Positions 1 through 12,734 of a stretch of DNA of 64,000 nucleotides are shown here, piece after piece. The stretch is taken from assembly GCA_951406725.2 (NCBI GenBank), contig OX597833.1, forward strand, positions 46,128,001-46,192,000, read 5' to 3'. The notes beneath the pieces were generated by a model that was not told the DNA's origin, did no database searches, and saw only the letters and a program-made list of their open reading frames with translations. Position 1 is the first letter of the stretch; every line of letters begins with the position of its first letter. Source of the stretch: Octopus vulgaris. Taxonomy: Eukaryota. A program made the translations under genes and the position numbers.

Positions 1-86
1 AAAACTTCTGGCTTTGTGCCAAAATTCGAAACCGTTATTATCACGGTTGTAGACATGATGTTCACTTATTCTATATTCTTATTCCA

Positions 87-247
87 CAGGAGTGGCTGTG
101 TGGTAAGTAGATTGCTTACCAACCACATGGTTCCGGGTTCAGTCCCACTGCGTGGCACCTTGGGCAACTGTCTTCTGCTATAGCCTCGGGCCAACCAATG
201 CCTTGTGAGTGGATTTGCTAGACGGAAACTGAAAGAAGCCTGTCGTA

Positions 248-316
<69 letters not shown>

Positions 317-525
317 ATGTGTTTGTGTGTCTGTGTTTGTCCCCCCTAGCATTGCTTGACAACCGATGCTGGTGTGTTTATGTCCCCGTTACTTAGCGGT
401 TCGGCAAAAGAGACCGATAGAATAAGTACTGGGCTTATAAAGAATAAGTCCTGGGGTCGATTTGCTCGACTAATGGCGGTGCTCCAGCATGGCCACAGTC
501 AAATGACTGAAACAAGTAAAAGTAA
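87..525 (+). mobile_element. SINE family A, full length (tRNA-like head, internal (TA)n/(TG)n tract, conserved 3' half)
   Basis: Head GGAGTGGCTGTGTGGTAAG...GGTTCAGTCCC (A/B-box-like), CCTTGGGCAA motif, central microsatellite, tail ...ATGACTGAAACAAGTAAAAG; many near-identical copies in the window. Confidence 0.9.
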
Positions 526-822
526 AGTAAAGTAAAGTAAGTATTGTTGTTAATGTTGTAATGACTACGGCGATTGTTGGAATAGTTATTTTCGATCCTT
601 TGTTTACCGTGGTTTATCGCTATTGTTGCTTTTTTTCCCCCCAAGATCAATATTAATTAAGCAGATCTAAGATCAAAAAGATTTTAGTCATGACCGTACA
701 GGTATTTGTTTTTTAGGTGAAGTGCGACAACAATGTCTAATGTAAATCTGTCTTTATATACGAGTGAACTTTTATGCGGTTACTTGACTTGCTAATTCTC
801 GCTTTCTCTCTTTCTCAATCCA

Positions 823-950
823 GTCAACGCGCTATCACCGTGATATCTGTGGTCGCCTGTACGCTTCCAGCTTTGGACTGCGGAGTCACGTGCGCTCTCA
901 TCGCTGAGAACACAGACTTTGACGTCATCGGACACCAATGGACTACCACC
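823..950 (+). mobile_element. 3' end of an RTE-clade LINE (degenerate C2H2 finger, stop, short 3' UTR)
   Basis: Translates to TRYHRDICGRLYASSFGLRSHVRSHR*, resembling the CxxCGR...GLxSHxRxH terminus of RTE ORF2. Confidence 0.6.
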
Positions 951-1180
951 ATATATACAGACATGACAGAAGTAAATATACACACTTATAATCATTAAGA
1001 TTTATTTAAATCTGATATTATACATTCAAATTGTTTATTAATTGTTATAATGTGAATGTTTGATATTTAGTAGACATGCCCATTGCATTTTTCAGTGCAA
1101 GACCCTATTGGGAATGTTACTGATCAGATGACGAATATTCTCTTGCGGAATTTCTTACCAAGCTTCATGCAGTAATCTCA

Positions 1181-1191
1181 AAAGCCCGTCG

Positions 1192-1244
<53 letters not shown>

Positions 1245-1459
1245 GTATGTGTGTGTTTGTGTGTCTGTGTTTGTCCCCCACCAACATCGCTTGACAACCG
1301 ATGCTGGTGTGTTTACGTCCCCGTAACTTAGCGGTTCGGCAAAAGAGACCGATAGAAGTACTAGGCTTACAATGAATAAGTCATGGGGTCGATTTGCTCG
1401 ACTGAAGGCGGTGCTCCAGCATGGCCTCAGTTAAATTACTGAAACAAGTAAAAGAGTAA
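1181..1459 (+). mobile_element. SINE A, 5'-truncated
   Basis: Begins at AAGCCCGTCG; microsatellite and 3' half match the 87-525 copy. Confidence 0.85.
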
Positions 1460-1548
1460 TCATTTGTTTCGTTTATCTAACGACTGTGCCCATGCTCACG
1501 TTGTTCAAAACCATAAACACGTAATCCTTTTACAATAAGACCTTAGCT

Positions 1549-1722
1549 CAGTGCTCTGCAACCAGTATGCCGCGGCACACTGGCGTGCCACGAGACGATG
1601 CCAGTGTAACCTGAATATAATTTTTTCCCCTATACTTTTAATTGTACTTTTAGTTCAGGTGTGCCGCCGAATTTTGAAAAGAATATAAGTGCACCGCAAG
1701 TGATGAAAAGGTTGCGGATGGT
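1549..1722. mobile_element. hAT (Charlie-like) MITE remnant
   Basis: CAGTG...CAACC terminus, GCCGCGGCACAC/GTGTGCCG subterminal motifs, decayed AAAAGGTTG right end. Confidence 0.5.
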
Positions 1723-1869
1723 AATAATCAGCGATGTCGAATTTCATAAATCTTCATTTATTTTCTTTTTGATGCCATTGAGACATATGATAATAGAAGC
1801 GATTTTATTCCACAGACTGAAATTCGTAGGTTATATTAACATTTCCCCCTTTTATCTCATCTTCTATTT

Positions 1870-2178
1870 TTTATCTTTTTCTTGTTTCAGTCATTGAACT
1901 GCGACTGTGCTGGGTCACCGCCTCGAAGGATTTAGTTGAACAAATGGACCCCAGTATCGGTCGCTTTCGCTGAACCATGCAAACAGACCAATACCGATTG
2001 TCAAGTAGTGGAGGGTAGAACGGGGGTACAGAGATAAACATTGATACACACACACACATACGACAGATTTCTTTCAGTTTCTGCCTACCAAATCCACTGA
2101 CAAGACCTTGGTCTGTCTGAGGCAATAGTAGAATACTCTTGCCCATGGTACCACGCAGTGGGACTGAACCTGAAACCA
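1870..2178 (-). mobile_element. SINE A, degenerate
   Basis: Reverse-strand matches to the SINE A tail, body and head. Confidence 0.75.
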
Positions 2179-2314
2179 AGTAACTCAGTTTACTTTCTTC
2201 TGGGGTCGATGAAATAAAATGCCAGTCAAGTACAAGGATTGATACTAAAGGTTTTTACCCTCCCCACAGAACACTGTGAGGTCTTATTCATCAGTCAGAA
2301 ATTTTTAACATAAA

Positions 2315-2521
2315 CGAGGGGTGCTGAAAAGTTCCTGGCTTGAAAGGTATCACGGAAGGTCTGATTGAAGGTCCACCCTTCCAAGTTCTTTTACAGGGCT
2401 TAGAAAAACTGAAGGACCGCTGCAATATATGTGTGAATCTGAGAAGGGGAATATGTTGAATAAATTATTAACTGATCCTCTTGTATTTCCTTAAAGCCAG
2501 GAATTTTTGAGCACCATCTCA
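2315..2521 (+). mobile_element. Non-autonomous mariner deletion derivative
   Basis: TIRs CGAGGGGTGCTGAAAAGTTCCTGGCTT / AAGCCAGGAATTTTTGAGCACC; interior encodes a mariner C-terminus-like GLEKLKDRCNxCVNLR..EYVE*. Confidence 0.8.
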
Positions 2522-2729
2522 TATATGAAGGCTAGGAGGTTGAGACTTTGAAGTCACTGTCACACTTTTTCTTGTAAAAGTTTAATAAAAGGTATTGTGC
2601 AATTCTTCAATTTAATGTTAAATTGTTTTCATATACAACTTAGCATAGAAACAAACATTAATATATACATATATGTAAACAGTAATTATGCATGTAATAA
2701 TATATCTTCATAACAGTGAAATGCAAACA

Positions 2730-3150
2730 AAATGCAACATATCAGGCATTGAAGCTATCCTCACAAAAAATACAGCTTAGATAGTCAGGTCATTTTTTCG
2801 TGTATGAGTGATATCAGAATTCAGAAGCAGCTTCTCTTTGGCCAATTCCCAACAGAAAGGTCAGCTGGGAGGTCACTCTTGCGCTTCAAGGACAAACTAA
2901 AAGATAATCTGAAGTGATGCAACATTCCCTTTTTTTTTCTCATGGGAAAATAAAGCATCAGAACGCAGGCCCTGACACCAGGCCTACTTCTCTTCACTTC
3001 AAAGATTTGAGCGAAGTCGACTCCAGCATTGAGACTAAGTTTGTGCTATTATGAAGAAACGCTGGCAAAACACTGCGCCTCTAAATGAAAACCTTACTTG
3101 TCATTGTGGTTTTGTGACATGAAGCAAAGCAGGCCTTGCCGTCCACTCAA
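2730..3150 (+). mobile_element. RTE-clade LINE ORF2 C-terminal relic
   Basis: QLR*SGH...MSDIRIQKQLLFGQ...GRSLLRFKDKLKDNLK followed by a decayed zinc-finger-like end; stops and frameshifts. Confidence 0.75.
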
Positions 3151-3957
3151 AACCCCCCTAAAAAAAAACACATAGTAAATGATCTACGAGCACTTGAAAA
3201 AACTGAGTCCCCAACTAGTTCCATTTGCTATAAAGGTTTACAAGGCACCAGCAGGCCCCAAGGAACACATTCGTGTCCATAGAACATGATTACCGCTTTA
3301 TTTTACTGAACGCTCATCTGACGTTCACGACAAGAGAATGCACTACATATGCACACACACACACACACACACATACACATACACACACACACACACACGC
3401 ACACACATATACACATATGCGTATATTCAGTAGAGTGCAACTTAAATTTCTTTGCAGTATTTAGCTACGTCTCTACGTCCTGCATTAAAAATCTGCGAGG
3501 GGCAGTTTATGTTTTCGTCTTTCTAGGATGGAAAAATTAGGAACTGGTCAGTATCCTTGCTCACTATAATTGATTAAACCACTAATTTATGGCATTTTGC
3601 CTACGTTAGAAACCACCAGTATCATCTAGTATTATTTGTATCTTTTATAAATACAATTTTATCTTGACGTAAAAGTCTTAAGATGTGTGGTTGAAATACC
3701 TGATCTAATTTTCTGTAGATAAAATTTGACGTTAATTTCTAAAGATTCTGCTACGATTCTGTTCTTTATAATAAAAGGATTATTAAAGTGAACAACAGCT
3801 ACGAAACAACAATCTCAATACCAGCGGTTGGCCATAGATATCTGTCTATATTCGTTACAATTACTTACAGATTCCAGAGGTAAATGCTGCCCGATAAAAA
3901 CAACACCAGACCACCGTTACGAGATAGCCAAGAATAGTTTTTGTGTTCATAGATAAG

Positions 3958-3960
<3 letters not shown>

Positions 3961-4047
<87 letters not shown>
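3961..4047. repeat. (TA)n microsatellite (one of many)
   Basis: Direct reading. Confidence 0.95.
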
Positions 4048-4050
<3 letters not shown>

Positions 4051-4694
4051 CTTATATACTTACATACACATAAACATACACACATGCATACATATTTACA
4101 TACAAGTGTGTATGTGTGTATATATGTATGTATGTTCCAAAAAGTCGCCATTACGGCGCCGTATATATTTTTATGCGTCTGGAGTAGTAATAAAAATAAT
4201 GTTTCCCAATATAAGCACAAGCCTCAAATATTGGTGGGGATGAGGTAGCGGTATTGTATATAGAGGGTGAAATGACAGAGTCGCTAGAGCGCCTTATGGA
4301 ATACAGTAGTGGGTCCGGCTCTCTGAGTTCAAATCTCACCGAGGTCAACTTTGTGTTTTATTCTTTCAGAGCCGATTTCATTTTTTCCTACTTTCTTTCC
4401 ACCTTTAATCTTTCTTTCTTTCCACCCTTCATTCTTTCCCTCCTTTCCTTCCTTCTTTCTGTCTTTATTTCTCTCCTTCTCTAGCTACCCCTCTTTTTCC
4501 TCTTCTCTCTTGGAAACGTCTACATTGCCTACAAGAAAAATCATGGAGGACCGCTTCTAGTATCCCTTTCTGTAGAAGCGGAGAAGGGGTCAACGAATAC
4601 TAGCAACCTGTTCTCACAGAAAATAAATAAATTAATAACTGTAAATTAATTAATTAATTAAAATAGCTAATAATAAATATCTAATGTACTATAC

Positions 4695-4910
4695 AAGGCA
4701 GTAGGCTAACAAAATCGTCAGTGCATCGAACAAAATGCATAGCGGCATTTCTTCCTGCTCTTTACGATCTGAGTTTAAATTCCGCTTTGGTAGACTTTAT
4801 TTTCACCCCTCTGAGGTCCATAAAATAAGAACTAGCTGAGCTCTAGAGCCGATGTAATCGATTTTCCTCTTCCATTTTAAACTGCTGGCCTAGTGCCAAA
4901 ATTTGAAACC
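4695..4910 (+). mobile_element. SINE family B, old degenerate copy
   Basis: Similar to the B head and core; ends GGCCTAGTGCCAAAATTTGAAACC (tail-1). Confidence 0.7.
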
Positions 4911-5021
4911 TTTTCTTTTTATCATATATTTTAGTAAAGTGATTTGTGTATCTGTTCATTTAAACTGTTGCTATCGTATCTGTAGTTCTTGTAATATCTA
5001 TAGCATATCGTATCTGTAGTA

Positions 5022-5283
5022 TTCCTTGCACAAGGGCCGAAATTTTGGGGGAGGGAGCCAGTCGATTAGATCGACCCCAGCACGCAACTGGTACTTAACT
5101 TATCGACCCCGAAAGGATGAAAGGCATAGTCAACCTCGGCGGAATACCTATTTCTTTACTGCCCACAAAGGGCTACACACAGAGGGGACAAACATGGACA
5201 GACAAACGAATTAAGTCGATTATATCAACCCTAGTGCGTAACTGGTACTTATTTAATCGACTCCGAAAGGCTGAAAGGCAAAG
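5022..5283 (-). mobile_element. SINE B tandem fragment (tail-2 unit joined to tail-1 unit)
   Basis: Two core motifs ATCGACCCCGAAAGGATGAAAGGC separated by the TATTTCTTTACTGCCCAC module. Confidence 0.8.
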
Positions 5284-5463
5284 TTGGGTAACATCGGTGG
5301 TGTGGAGAGGGGAGGCTGGTATACATGGGTGACTGCTGTTCTTCCATAAGACTTGTGCCTCCGAAGGTAACTTCTTAGGTACAATCATGAATCAAAATAT
5401 ATTTGTCACTAAATAAAATTATTTATAACATGAACATATAGTAATATTCCACTAAGAGTTTAA

Positions 5464-5678
5464 AGTGGCGAGTTGGCAGAATCGTTAGCACGCTGGGCAA
5501 AATGCTTAACAGCATTTCGTCCGTCTTTATGTTCTGCGTTCAAATTTCGCCGAGGACGATTTTTGCCAAGCATCCTTTCTGAGGTCGATAAAATTAGTAC
5601 TAGTAGAACACTGGAGTTAATATAATCGACTAGCCCACCTCTCTCGAAATTGCTGGCCTTGTGCCAAAATTTGAAACC
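5464..5678 (+). mobile_element. SINE B monomer (tRNA-like head, Nin/Deu-like core, tail-1)
   Basis: GGCGAGTTGGCAGAATCGTTAGC head, CATCCTTT..GGTCGATAAA..AGTAC core, GCCTTGTGCCAAAATTTGAAACC tail; core family assigned from memory of Nin/Deu-domain SINEs. Confidence 0.85.
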
Positions 5679-6217
5679 AATATTTCACAAAGAGCCAATA
5701 GCAAAGTCTAGTTTTTAAAAAGCGGTTACTATTAAGTTAAATGCTTTCATAAAAATCAGTGATCATGCGACCAGTTTGTAAGACCTATTGAGCAGTCCTT
5801 TGAAAGCTCATTGCCATGTATTTTGTTAGCAAGTCTGGTAAAATATTCTGTTCTCTTGAGAATCAGTAAGTGTGTAACTAATTTGTAAAACATTTCAAAT
5901 ACTCCACGAAAACCAGTGACTTCGTGTTCCAAATGTAAATCAGGTTAAACATTCTTTTGAGAGACGTTAATTGTATTCTTGGAGTGTAAAACAAATAAAA
6001 CTTGTAGAAATCCCAAGGAACTATAGATAATATAGAAACCATTTGTTCTATATTTCTGAAATATGTTTTTGATAAAGAAATGTTTTAAAACTGAATAAAT
6101 AGCTATTTGCGCTTCAAGTGTAAGTTTGGGAGAGCAGGAAACAAGCAGGGTAAACTAGAAATAGACCGGAAGAAGACAACAGGAATCAGAAAGAAAAAAG
6201 TATAAACTACAGATAAT

Positions 6218-6799
6218 GGTTTCAAATTTTGCCACAAGGACAGCCATTTTTGTGGGAGGGGATTAGTCGATTACATCGACTCCAGTGTTTCACTGGTACT
6301 TAATTTATCGACCCCGAATGGATGAAAGGCAAAGCTGACCTCGGAGGGATTTGAACTCAGAACGTAACGACAGACGAAATACCTATTTCTTTACTACCCT
6401 CAAGGGGCTAAACACAGAGAGGACAAACAAGGACAGACAAACGGATTAAGTCGATTACATCGACCCCAGTGCGTAACTAGTACTTAATTTATCGACCCCG
6501 AAAGGATGAAAGGCAAAGTCGACCTCGGCGGAATTTGAACTCAGAACGTAGCGGCAGATGAAATACCCATTTCTTTACTGCCCACAAGGGGCTAAACATT
6601 GAGAGGACAAACAAGGACAGACAAACGGATTAAGTCGATTACATCGACCCCAGTGCGTAACTAGTACTTAATTTATCGACCCCGAAAGGATGAAAGGCAG
6701 AGTCGACCTCGGTGGAATTTGAACTCAGAACGTAGCGGTGGACGTAATATCACAAAGCATTTCGCCCGGCGTGCTAACGTTTCTGCCAGCTCGCCGCCG
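6218..6799 (-). mobile_element. SINE B trimer (one head, three cores, ~184-bp unit)
   Basis: Tail-2 junctions at ~6384 and ~6568; three cores; single head at ~6799. Confidence 0.9.
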
Positions 6800-7444
6800 T
6801 CATAACTACAAATGATAATTATATAATATTGTTCACCCCATTTACGAAGATTGTCTGCAATCAATATAAGAATTAAATTTGGTACATGAACAATTTATTA
6901 TAACAAGTCAGAAGACTAATTTACATAGGACGTTGTCCTATATAAATTAACCATTTTATTACTGTCACTTCCTGAATTGTGTGACTCTGGAGTTTGAGGT
7001 TATTTAAAAATAAAGAAGACTGCAGCAGATTTTTAATTTAAAATACATACTGACGGAACTAGACTTTTTAAATACAGAGAGACAAGACTATATTAATTGA
7101 TATAAGTTAATCAGAGAAGGTTAAACAGAACCTTTGCCTTTGCAATATCTACAGAATTGTGAGATTAATGCAGTTAATGTCCAATATAAAATATTTTAGA
7201 TCAACGTTGGCGGGAAAATCATGGGAAGGAAAGGGAACTGGGACGGTTGCAGTACTAAAGAAGGCGAACTGAACGAAGTGTTCCGTGCGATAAGTGGGAG
7301 GAGAAACACTCTTAAGATATGATAGATCTAAGAGAGACGGGTGTGCAGTTAGGTATGCAGCTATCTATAGAAAACACTAGTTATGGACGTTTCCCTTCTT
7401 TGTCTTAGTAAGCAGTAAAAAAATGTCAATGACCATTGGCAATA

Positions 7445-8556
7445 CAGTGTCCTAGAAAGATTTACCAATAGATATTTCTTATTTATTCGAAATAAACTTA
7501 AGGTAGGATAATGAAATTTGGAATACACGTTCTAATGTAGATCGTCAATCCATTTCAAAAGATTACATTCCAAAATGACCACCTTTCGCCTTGACCATAG
7601 CCTAAAAACGAGTAGTCACTGAATTGTATGAGCGCCGTACTACCTTTTCATCTAGCTTGACCCATGAAGACAGAAGTTTTGAGTGAAGATGTAACGGTCA
7701 CCAAAGGTGTCTGTGACCCAAGGTAACACTTTCTCAGCCAATATTTCCACATAAATTTCACTCTTGCCCTTGACGCCAGCATCGATGAAAATCAAGGCAG
7801 ATCCATCTGATGGGTCCAAACCTATTTGGTGCAACTGCAGCCAACGCCATGAATGAAGATGGTTTCCGATGGCGTAAATGACTCCTACCACCTTCGGGTA
7901 AGTCTCCTGCATTATGTGCATAAAGCCTGTCATTCTGCCTGTTGGTAACTGCCTCCACAGTGAAGATTTTCTCGTCGGACCAGATCAACACTTTGATAGC
8001 GGCGCGCTTCACCTCAGCTAACATCGTCTTACCCTTGTCGAGCCGTTTCTTCTTGGAAGCTGCTGAAACTAACTTCCGGAATTGCTTCCTGTATGCAGTT
8101 AGTTTTAAATCCTCTTTAAAAATCCTGTGCACTGACGATATCGAAATATCAAGAGCTTTTACAGTTTTTCTTGCACTTCTGCGGGGATTTCAATTCATTC
8201 GCTTTTTCACAGCTTCAACTGTTCTTTTTGGTACGAATTGATGATTTCCTGCCAGGAACTGGCTTGCTAGAGATAGTAGCGGACTCCATCTATCCAAGTA
8301 TTGAACACTGTTTTACGGCACACATTCAACTGTTTTGTCATGTCCTTGTAGCTCACTCCAGCAGTTTTCAAAGCGAGAATCTGGTCACGTTTTGCATTCA
8401 ACACCATGTTTACAAACCTGTTGTAGACAAACGAAACAATAGACACACGAACAAAAGACATATGCAAATCTTTATGTAAAATGTAGATAATATTACCTGA
8501 ACCGGCATTCTTCAGATAATTTTTTAAACATGGGTAAATCTTTCTGGGACACATTG
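7445..8556 (-). mobile_element. Tc1/mariner transposon relic, maT (DD37D)-like, frameshifted transposase
   Basis: TA + imperfect TIRs CAGTGTCCTAGAAAGATTTACC / GGTAAATCTTTCTGGGACAC; HTH-like KRDQILALKTAGVSYKDMTKQLNVCRKTV, then WSDEKIFTVEAVTNRQNDRLYA and YVEILAEKVLPW...YIFTQN; third catalytic region absent. Confidence 0.9.
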
Positions 8557-8610
8557 TCTATCACTATTTTTTTATATTAGATAGTTTTCGTTTGAGGAGT
8601 ATATTTATAT

Positions 8611-8824
8611 TGGTTTCAAATTTTGGCACAGAGCCAGCAGTTTTGGGGGAAGGGGTAAGCCGTACTCATCTTATTTTACCAACTCCGTACTCATCTTATT
8701 TTACCAACCCGGAAAGATGAAAAGTAAAGTCGACCTCGGCGGAATTTGAACTCAGAACGTAAAAGCGGACGAAATACCGATAAGCATTTTCTCGGCATGC
8801 TAACGATTCTGCCAGCTCGCTGCC
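8611..8824 (-). mobile_element. SINE B monomer with small internal duplication
   Basis: Tail-1, core and head; CCGTACTCATCTTATTTTACCAAC occurs twice. Confidence 0.85.
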
Positions 8825-8996
8825 TTAGGGAGATAAATTAATATGAGAATCTAGAAGTGATATAGCCAAATGATGGAGGTATGGCTAGATTCAAATCCCA
8901 ATCTGTAAACTATCAGCTTGCCTTGTATTAGGATCTCAATTCCTTGATACAGCCCAAAGATGCTGTTCTTACGGCGTATATTTCAGATCTGGTGGA

Positions 8997-9384
8997 GGAG
9001 GCGCAATGGCCCAGTGGTTAGGGCAGCGGACTCGCGGTCGTAGGATTGCGGTTTCGATTCCCAGACCGGGCGTTGTGAGTGTTTATTGAGCAAAAACACC
9101 TAAAGCTCCACGAGGCTCCGGCAGGGATGGTGGTGATCCCTGCTGTACTCTTTCACCATAACTTTCTCTCACTCTCACTCTTACTTCCTGTTTCTTTTGT
9201 ACCTGTATTTCAAAGGGCCGGCCTTGTCACTCTCTGTGTCACGCTGAATATCCTCGAGAACTACGTTAAGGGTACACGTGTCTGTGGAGTGCTCAGCCAC
9301 TTATACGTCAATTTCACGAGCAGGCTGTTCCGTTGATCGGATCAACCGGAACCCTCATCGTCGTAACCGACGGAGTGCTTCCAC
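8997..9384 (+). mobile_element. SINE family C, full length, 17-bp TSD
   Basis: tRNA-like head GGAGGCGCAATGGCCCAGTGGTTAGG...GGTTTCGATTCCC; TSD ATTTCAGATCTGGTGGA at 8980-8996 and 9385-9401. Confidence 0.92.
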
Positions 9385-9924
9385 ATTTCAGATCTGGTGG
9401 AACCATCCTTCTATATCATACCACTAGTGAAACCCAACTGATTACGTGACCAAACGTCTAAACCAACCTATCTTTCAATACATATTTAACTTCCGGTTAG
9501 ATATATTAAACTGTTCGGCGTAAACTATTTAACAGTGGGTGCCTTTGGTCTCTTCAAGGTTACAGTGCACTGCTTAACGTCATACAGATATCTACAAACA
9601 AAATATAAGGACGAACACATTATACACTCATCAACAGAGAATGTATTATCTACGAAATGATAATGTAATCAGTAAATTGGGCATTTGCTGACGCCCATAC
9701 TTCTGAATGATAGAATCAAAGTGTCAATCGATTTAAGTACATGCGAGAAATAGGACATTCTATTCAGAGATAAATACAATAAATAGTTATACACTTTAGA
9801 ATTGTCAAAATTTTGGAACAGACATAGAGATATAAGCAAGCACCGTAAAGTGCACAGAAAGGTTCTACTTATCTAGGCCATGATTTTCAATTTCAATTTG
9901 TAGTTGAAATATTCTGTCTTCCCT

Positions 9925-10133
9925 TTCAAATTTTGGCACAAAGCCAGCAATTTCGGTGGAGGGGATGAGTCGATTAGATCGACCCCAGTGCTCAACTGGT
10001 ACTTGTTTTGCCGACCCCAAACGGATGAAAGGCAATGTCAACCGCGCGGGAATTTGAACTCAGAACGTGCAGACGGACGAAATGCTGCGAAACGTTTTGC
10101 TAGTCGTGCTAACGATTCTGCCAGTTCGCCGCC
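9925..10133 (-). mobile_element. SINE B monomer
   Basis: Tail-1, core and head, abutting (AAT)n. Confidence 0.85.
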
Positions 10134-10353
<220 letters not shown>

Positions 10354-10359
10354 CCTTTC

Positions 10360-11178
10360 TACTGGAAGTACAAGGCCTCAAATTTGGGTGAAGGGATTAA
10401 TTCGATTGCATCGACTCCAGTGCATAACTGGTACTAGTTTTATCGACCCCGAAAGGATGAAAGGCAAAGTCGGCCTCGGCGGAATTAGAACTCAGAACGT
10501 AGCGAACTGGCGAAATACCTATTTCTTTACTACCTACAAAGGGCTAAACACAGAGAGGATAAACAAGGACAGACAAACGGATTAAGTCAAATATATCGAC
10601 ACCAGTGCGTAACTGGTACTTATATAATCGACCCCGAAAGGATGAAAGGCAAAGTTGACCTCGGCGGAATTTGAACTCAGAACGTAGCGGCAGACGAAAT
10701 ACGGCTACGCATTTCGCCCGGCGTGCTAACGTTTCTGCCAGCTCGGCGCCTTAATAATGATTTCAAACTTTTGCCACTGCTCAGCCATTTTGGGGGAGAG
10801 AATGTGTCGATTACGTCGACAACAGTATTCAGCTGGTACTTTTATTGACCCCGAGAGGATGAAAGGCAAAGTTACCTCGCGGAATTTTAACTTAGAATGT
10901 GCAAAGAGACGAAATACCGCTAAGCATTTCGCCTGGTGTGCTAACGGTTCTTATTTCTTTATTGCCCATAAGGCGCTAAACATAGACAGACAAACAAGGA
11001 CAGACAAACGGATCAAGTCGATTATATCGACCCCAGTGCATAACTGGTACTTATTTAATCGACCCCAAGAGGATGAAAGCCAAGGTCGACCTCGGCGGAA
11101 TTTGAACTCAGAACGTAGAGGCAGACGAAATACTGCAAAGCATTCCGCCCAGCGTGCTAACGGTTCTGCCAGCTCGCT
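10360..11178 (-). mobile_element. Cluster of SINE B units (dimer 10360-10751, then 10760-11178 composite)
   Basis: Repeated cores; tail-2 junctions at ~10520 and ~10951. Confidence 0.85.
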
Positions 11179-11339
11179 GTCTACTTACATTACTAATAAT
11201 TACCTCCCCAGGTACAAGGCTTAATCTTAATAGCTATAGATATTCTTCATGCCTTAAAACTTTGTTCCTTGTATTCCTTTCCAATAGGACTGCTTCTCAA
11301 CCTATTATTGATCAGCGTCACCTGAGGAATGACGTTTAT

Positions 11340-11370
<31 letters not shown>

Positions 11371-11478
11371 GATAGATAGATAGAAAGATAGATATAAATA
11401 TATACATATGCATGTATATATACATACATATATGCATACACACACAAACACACAAACACACACACACACACACACACA

Positions 11479-11522
<44 letters not shown>

Positions 11523-11584
11523 TACATATATACTTGGAAAAGGATGCGTGGCGTTCAATCATATATATAAGTATATATATATAT

Positions 11585-12650
11585 ATATTGTTATATTTCG
11601 GAATGGTCATATTGCCAGTTTAGCCAATAAAAACACACGCACTATATATTTGGTGTTATTTTGCTTCAGTGATATTTATTTTTTACATTAATCTTAATCT
11701 TATTTCGGCCAAAGTTCTTTCGTCACACTCCTGTGACCGCATCAGTGGTCCTTTGTTTTCTTCTCACTTACTTGTGTCTCTCCTTACTAACCGTCAGCCA
11801 TTTTGTATTTCTATTGTATGTCTTCATTTGCGCATGCTTATATCTCTATGTGCGTCTATGTTTATTTAGTGTGTGGGGGGGGATGTCTGTAATATTTGTA
11901 TCTTCTGGTTATATACATTCTTGTAATTTGTATTTTGTTTTTGTTGTTGTTGCTTTTGTTCTAATTTTGTTCATGTGTTTACATCCACCCATTATTATCA
12001 TTACATATGCTTGTATGTATGTATAACAACAATATTAGTAATAATAATAATAAATCTAATCGAGAAAAAAAAAGAAAAAAAAAGAATATACATATACATA
12101 TATATATATATACATACATATACATATACATATATGTTATATGTATGTATATGTATATATATGTATATGTATATGTATATATGTGTGTGTATATATGTAT
12201 ATATATATACATACATATAGAACAAAAGCAACAACAACAAAAACAAAATACAAATTACAAGAATGTATATAACCAGAAGATACAAATATTACAGACATCC
12301 CCCCCACACACTAAATAAACATAGACGCACATAGAGATATAAGCATGCGCAAATGAAGAAATACAATAGAAATACAAAATGGCTGACGGTTAGTAAGGAG
12401 AGACACAAGTAAGTGAGAAGAAAACAAAGGACCACTGATGCGGTCACAGGAGTGTGACGAAAGAACTTTGGCCGAAATAAGATTAAGATTAATGTAAAAA
12501 ATAAATATCACTGAAGCAAAATAACACCAAATATATAGTGCGTGTGTTTTTATTGGCTAAACTGGCAATATGACCATTCCGAAATATAACAATATCTGTT
12601 TCAACACACGACTTCACATAAAAAATCTTGCACAACAAATATTTAAACGT
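11585..12650. mobile_element. Penelope-like element terminus in inverted (fold-back) arrangement, ~378-bp arms, hammerhead-like motif in each arm
   Basis: Arms 11585-11963 and 12218-12595 are reverse complements with about 2 differences; CCA-CTGATGC-G-GTCAC-AGGAGT-GTGAC-GAAAG-AA-CTT-TGG at ~12432-12471; minus-strand [10 protein letters not shown]...* near 11995; (TA)n flanks. Confidence 0.7.
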
Positions 12651-12734
12651 ATATATATATATATATATGCATATATACATATGTATACGTACATACTTAC
12701 ATGTATACGTATATACATATGCATATATGGGCAC

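Noticed and set aside
823-912. Exon of a host C2H2 zinc-finger gene
   Set aside because: Single finger missing a cysteine, followed by a stop and short tail; fits an RTE LINE 3' end better
6218-6799. CRISPR-like or satellite array
   Set aside because: Eukaryotic context, no unique spacers; units are SINE parts
7445-8556. Active or domesticated transposase
   Set aside because: Split across frames, second catalytic Asp altered, downstream region deleted
8997-9075. tRNA gene
   Set aside because: Continues into a ~390-bp dispersed repeat with TSD, so it is a SINE head
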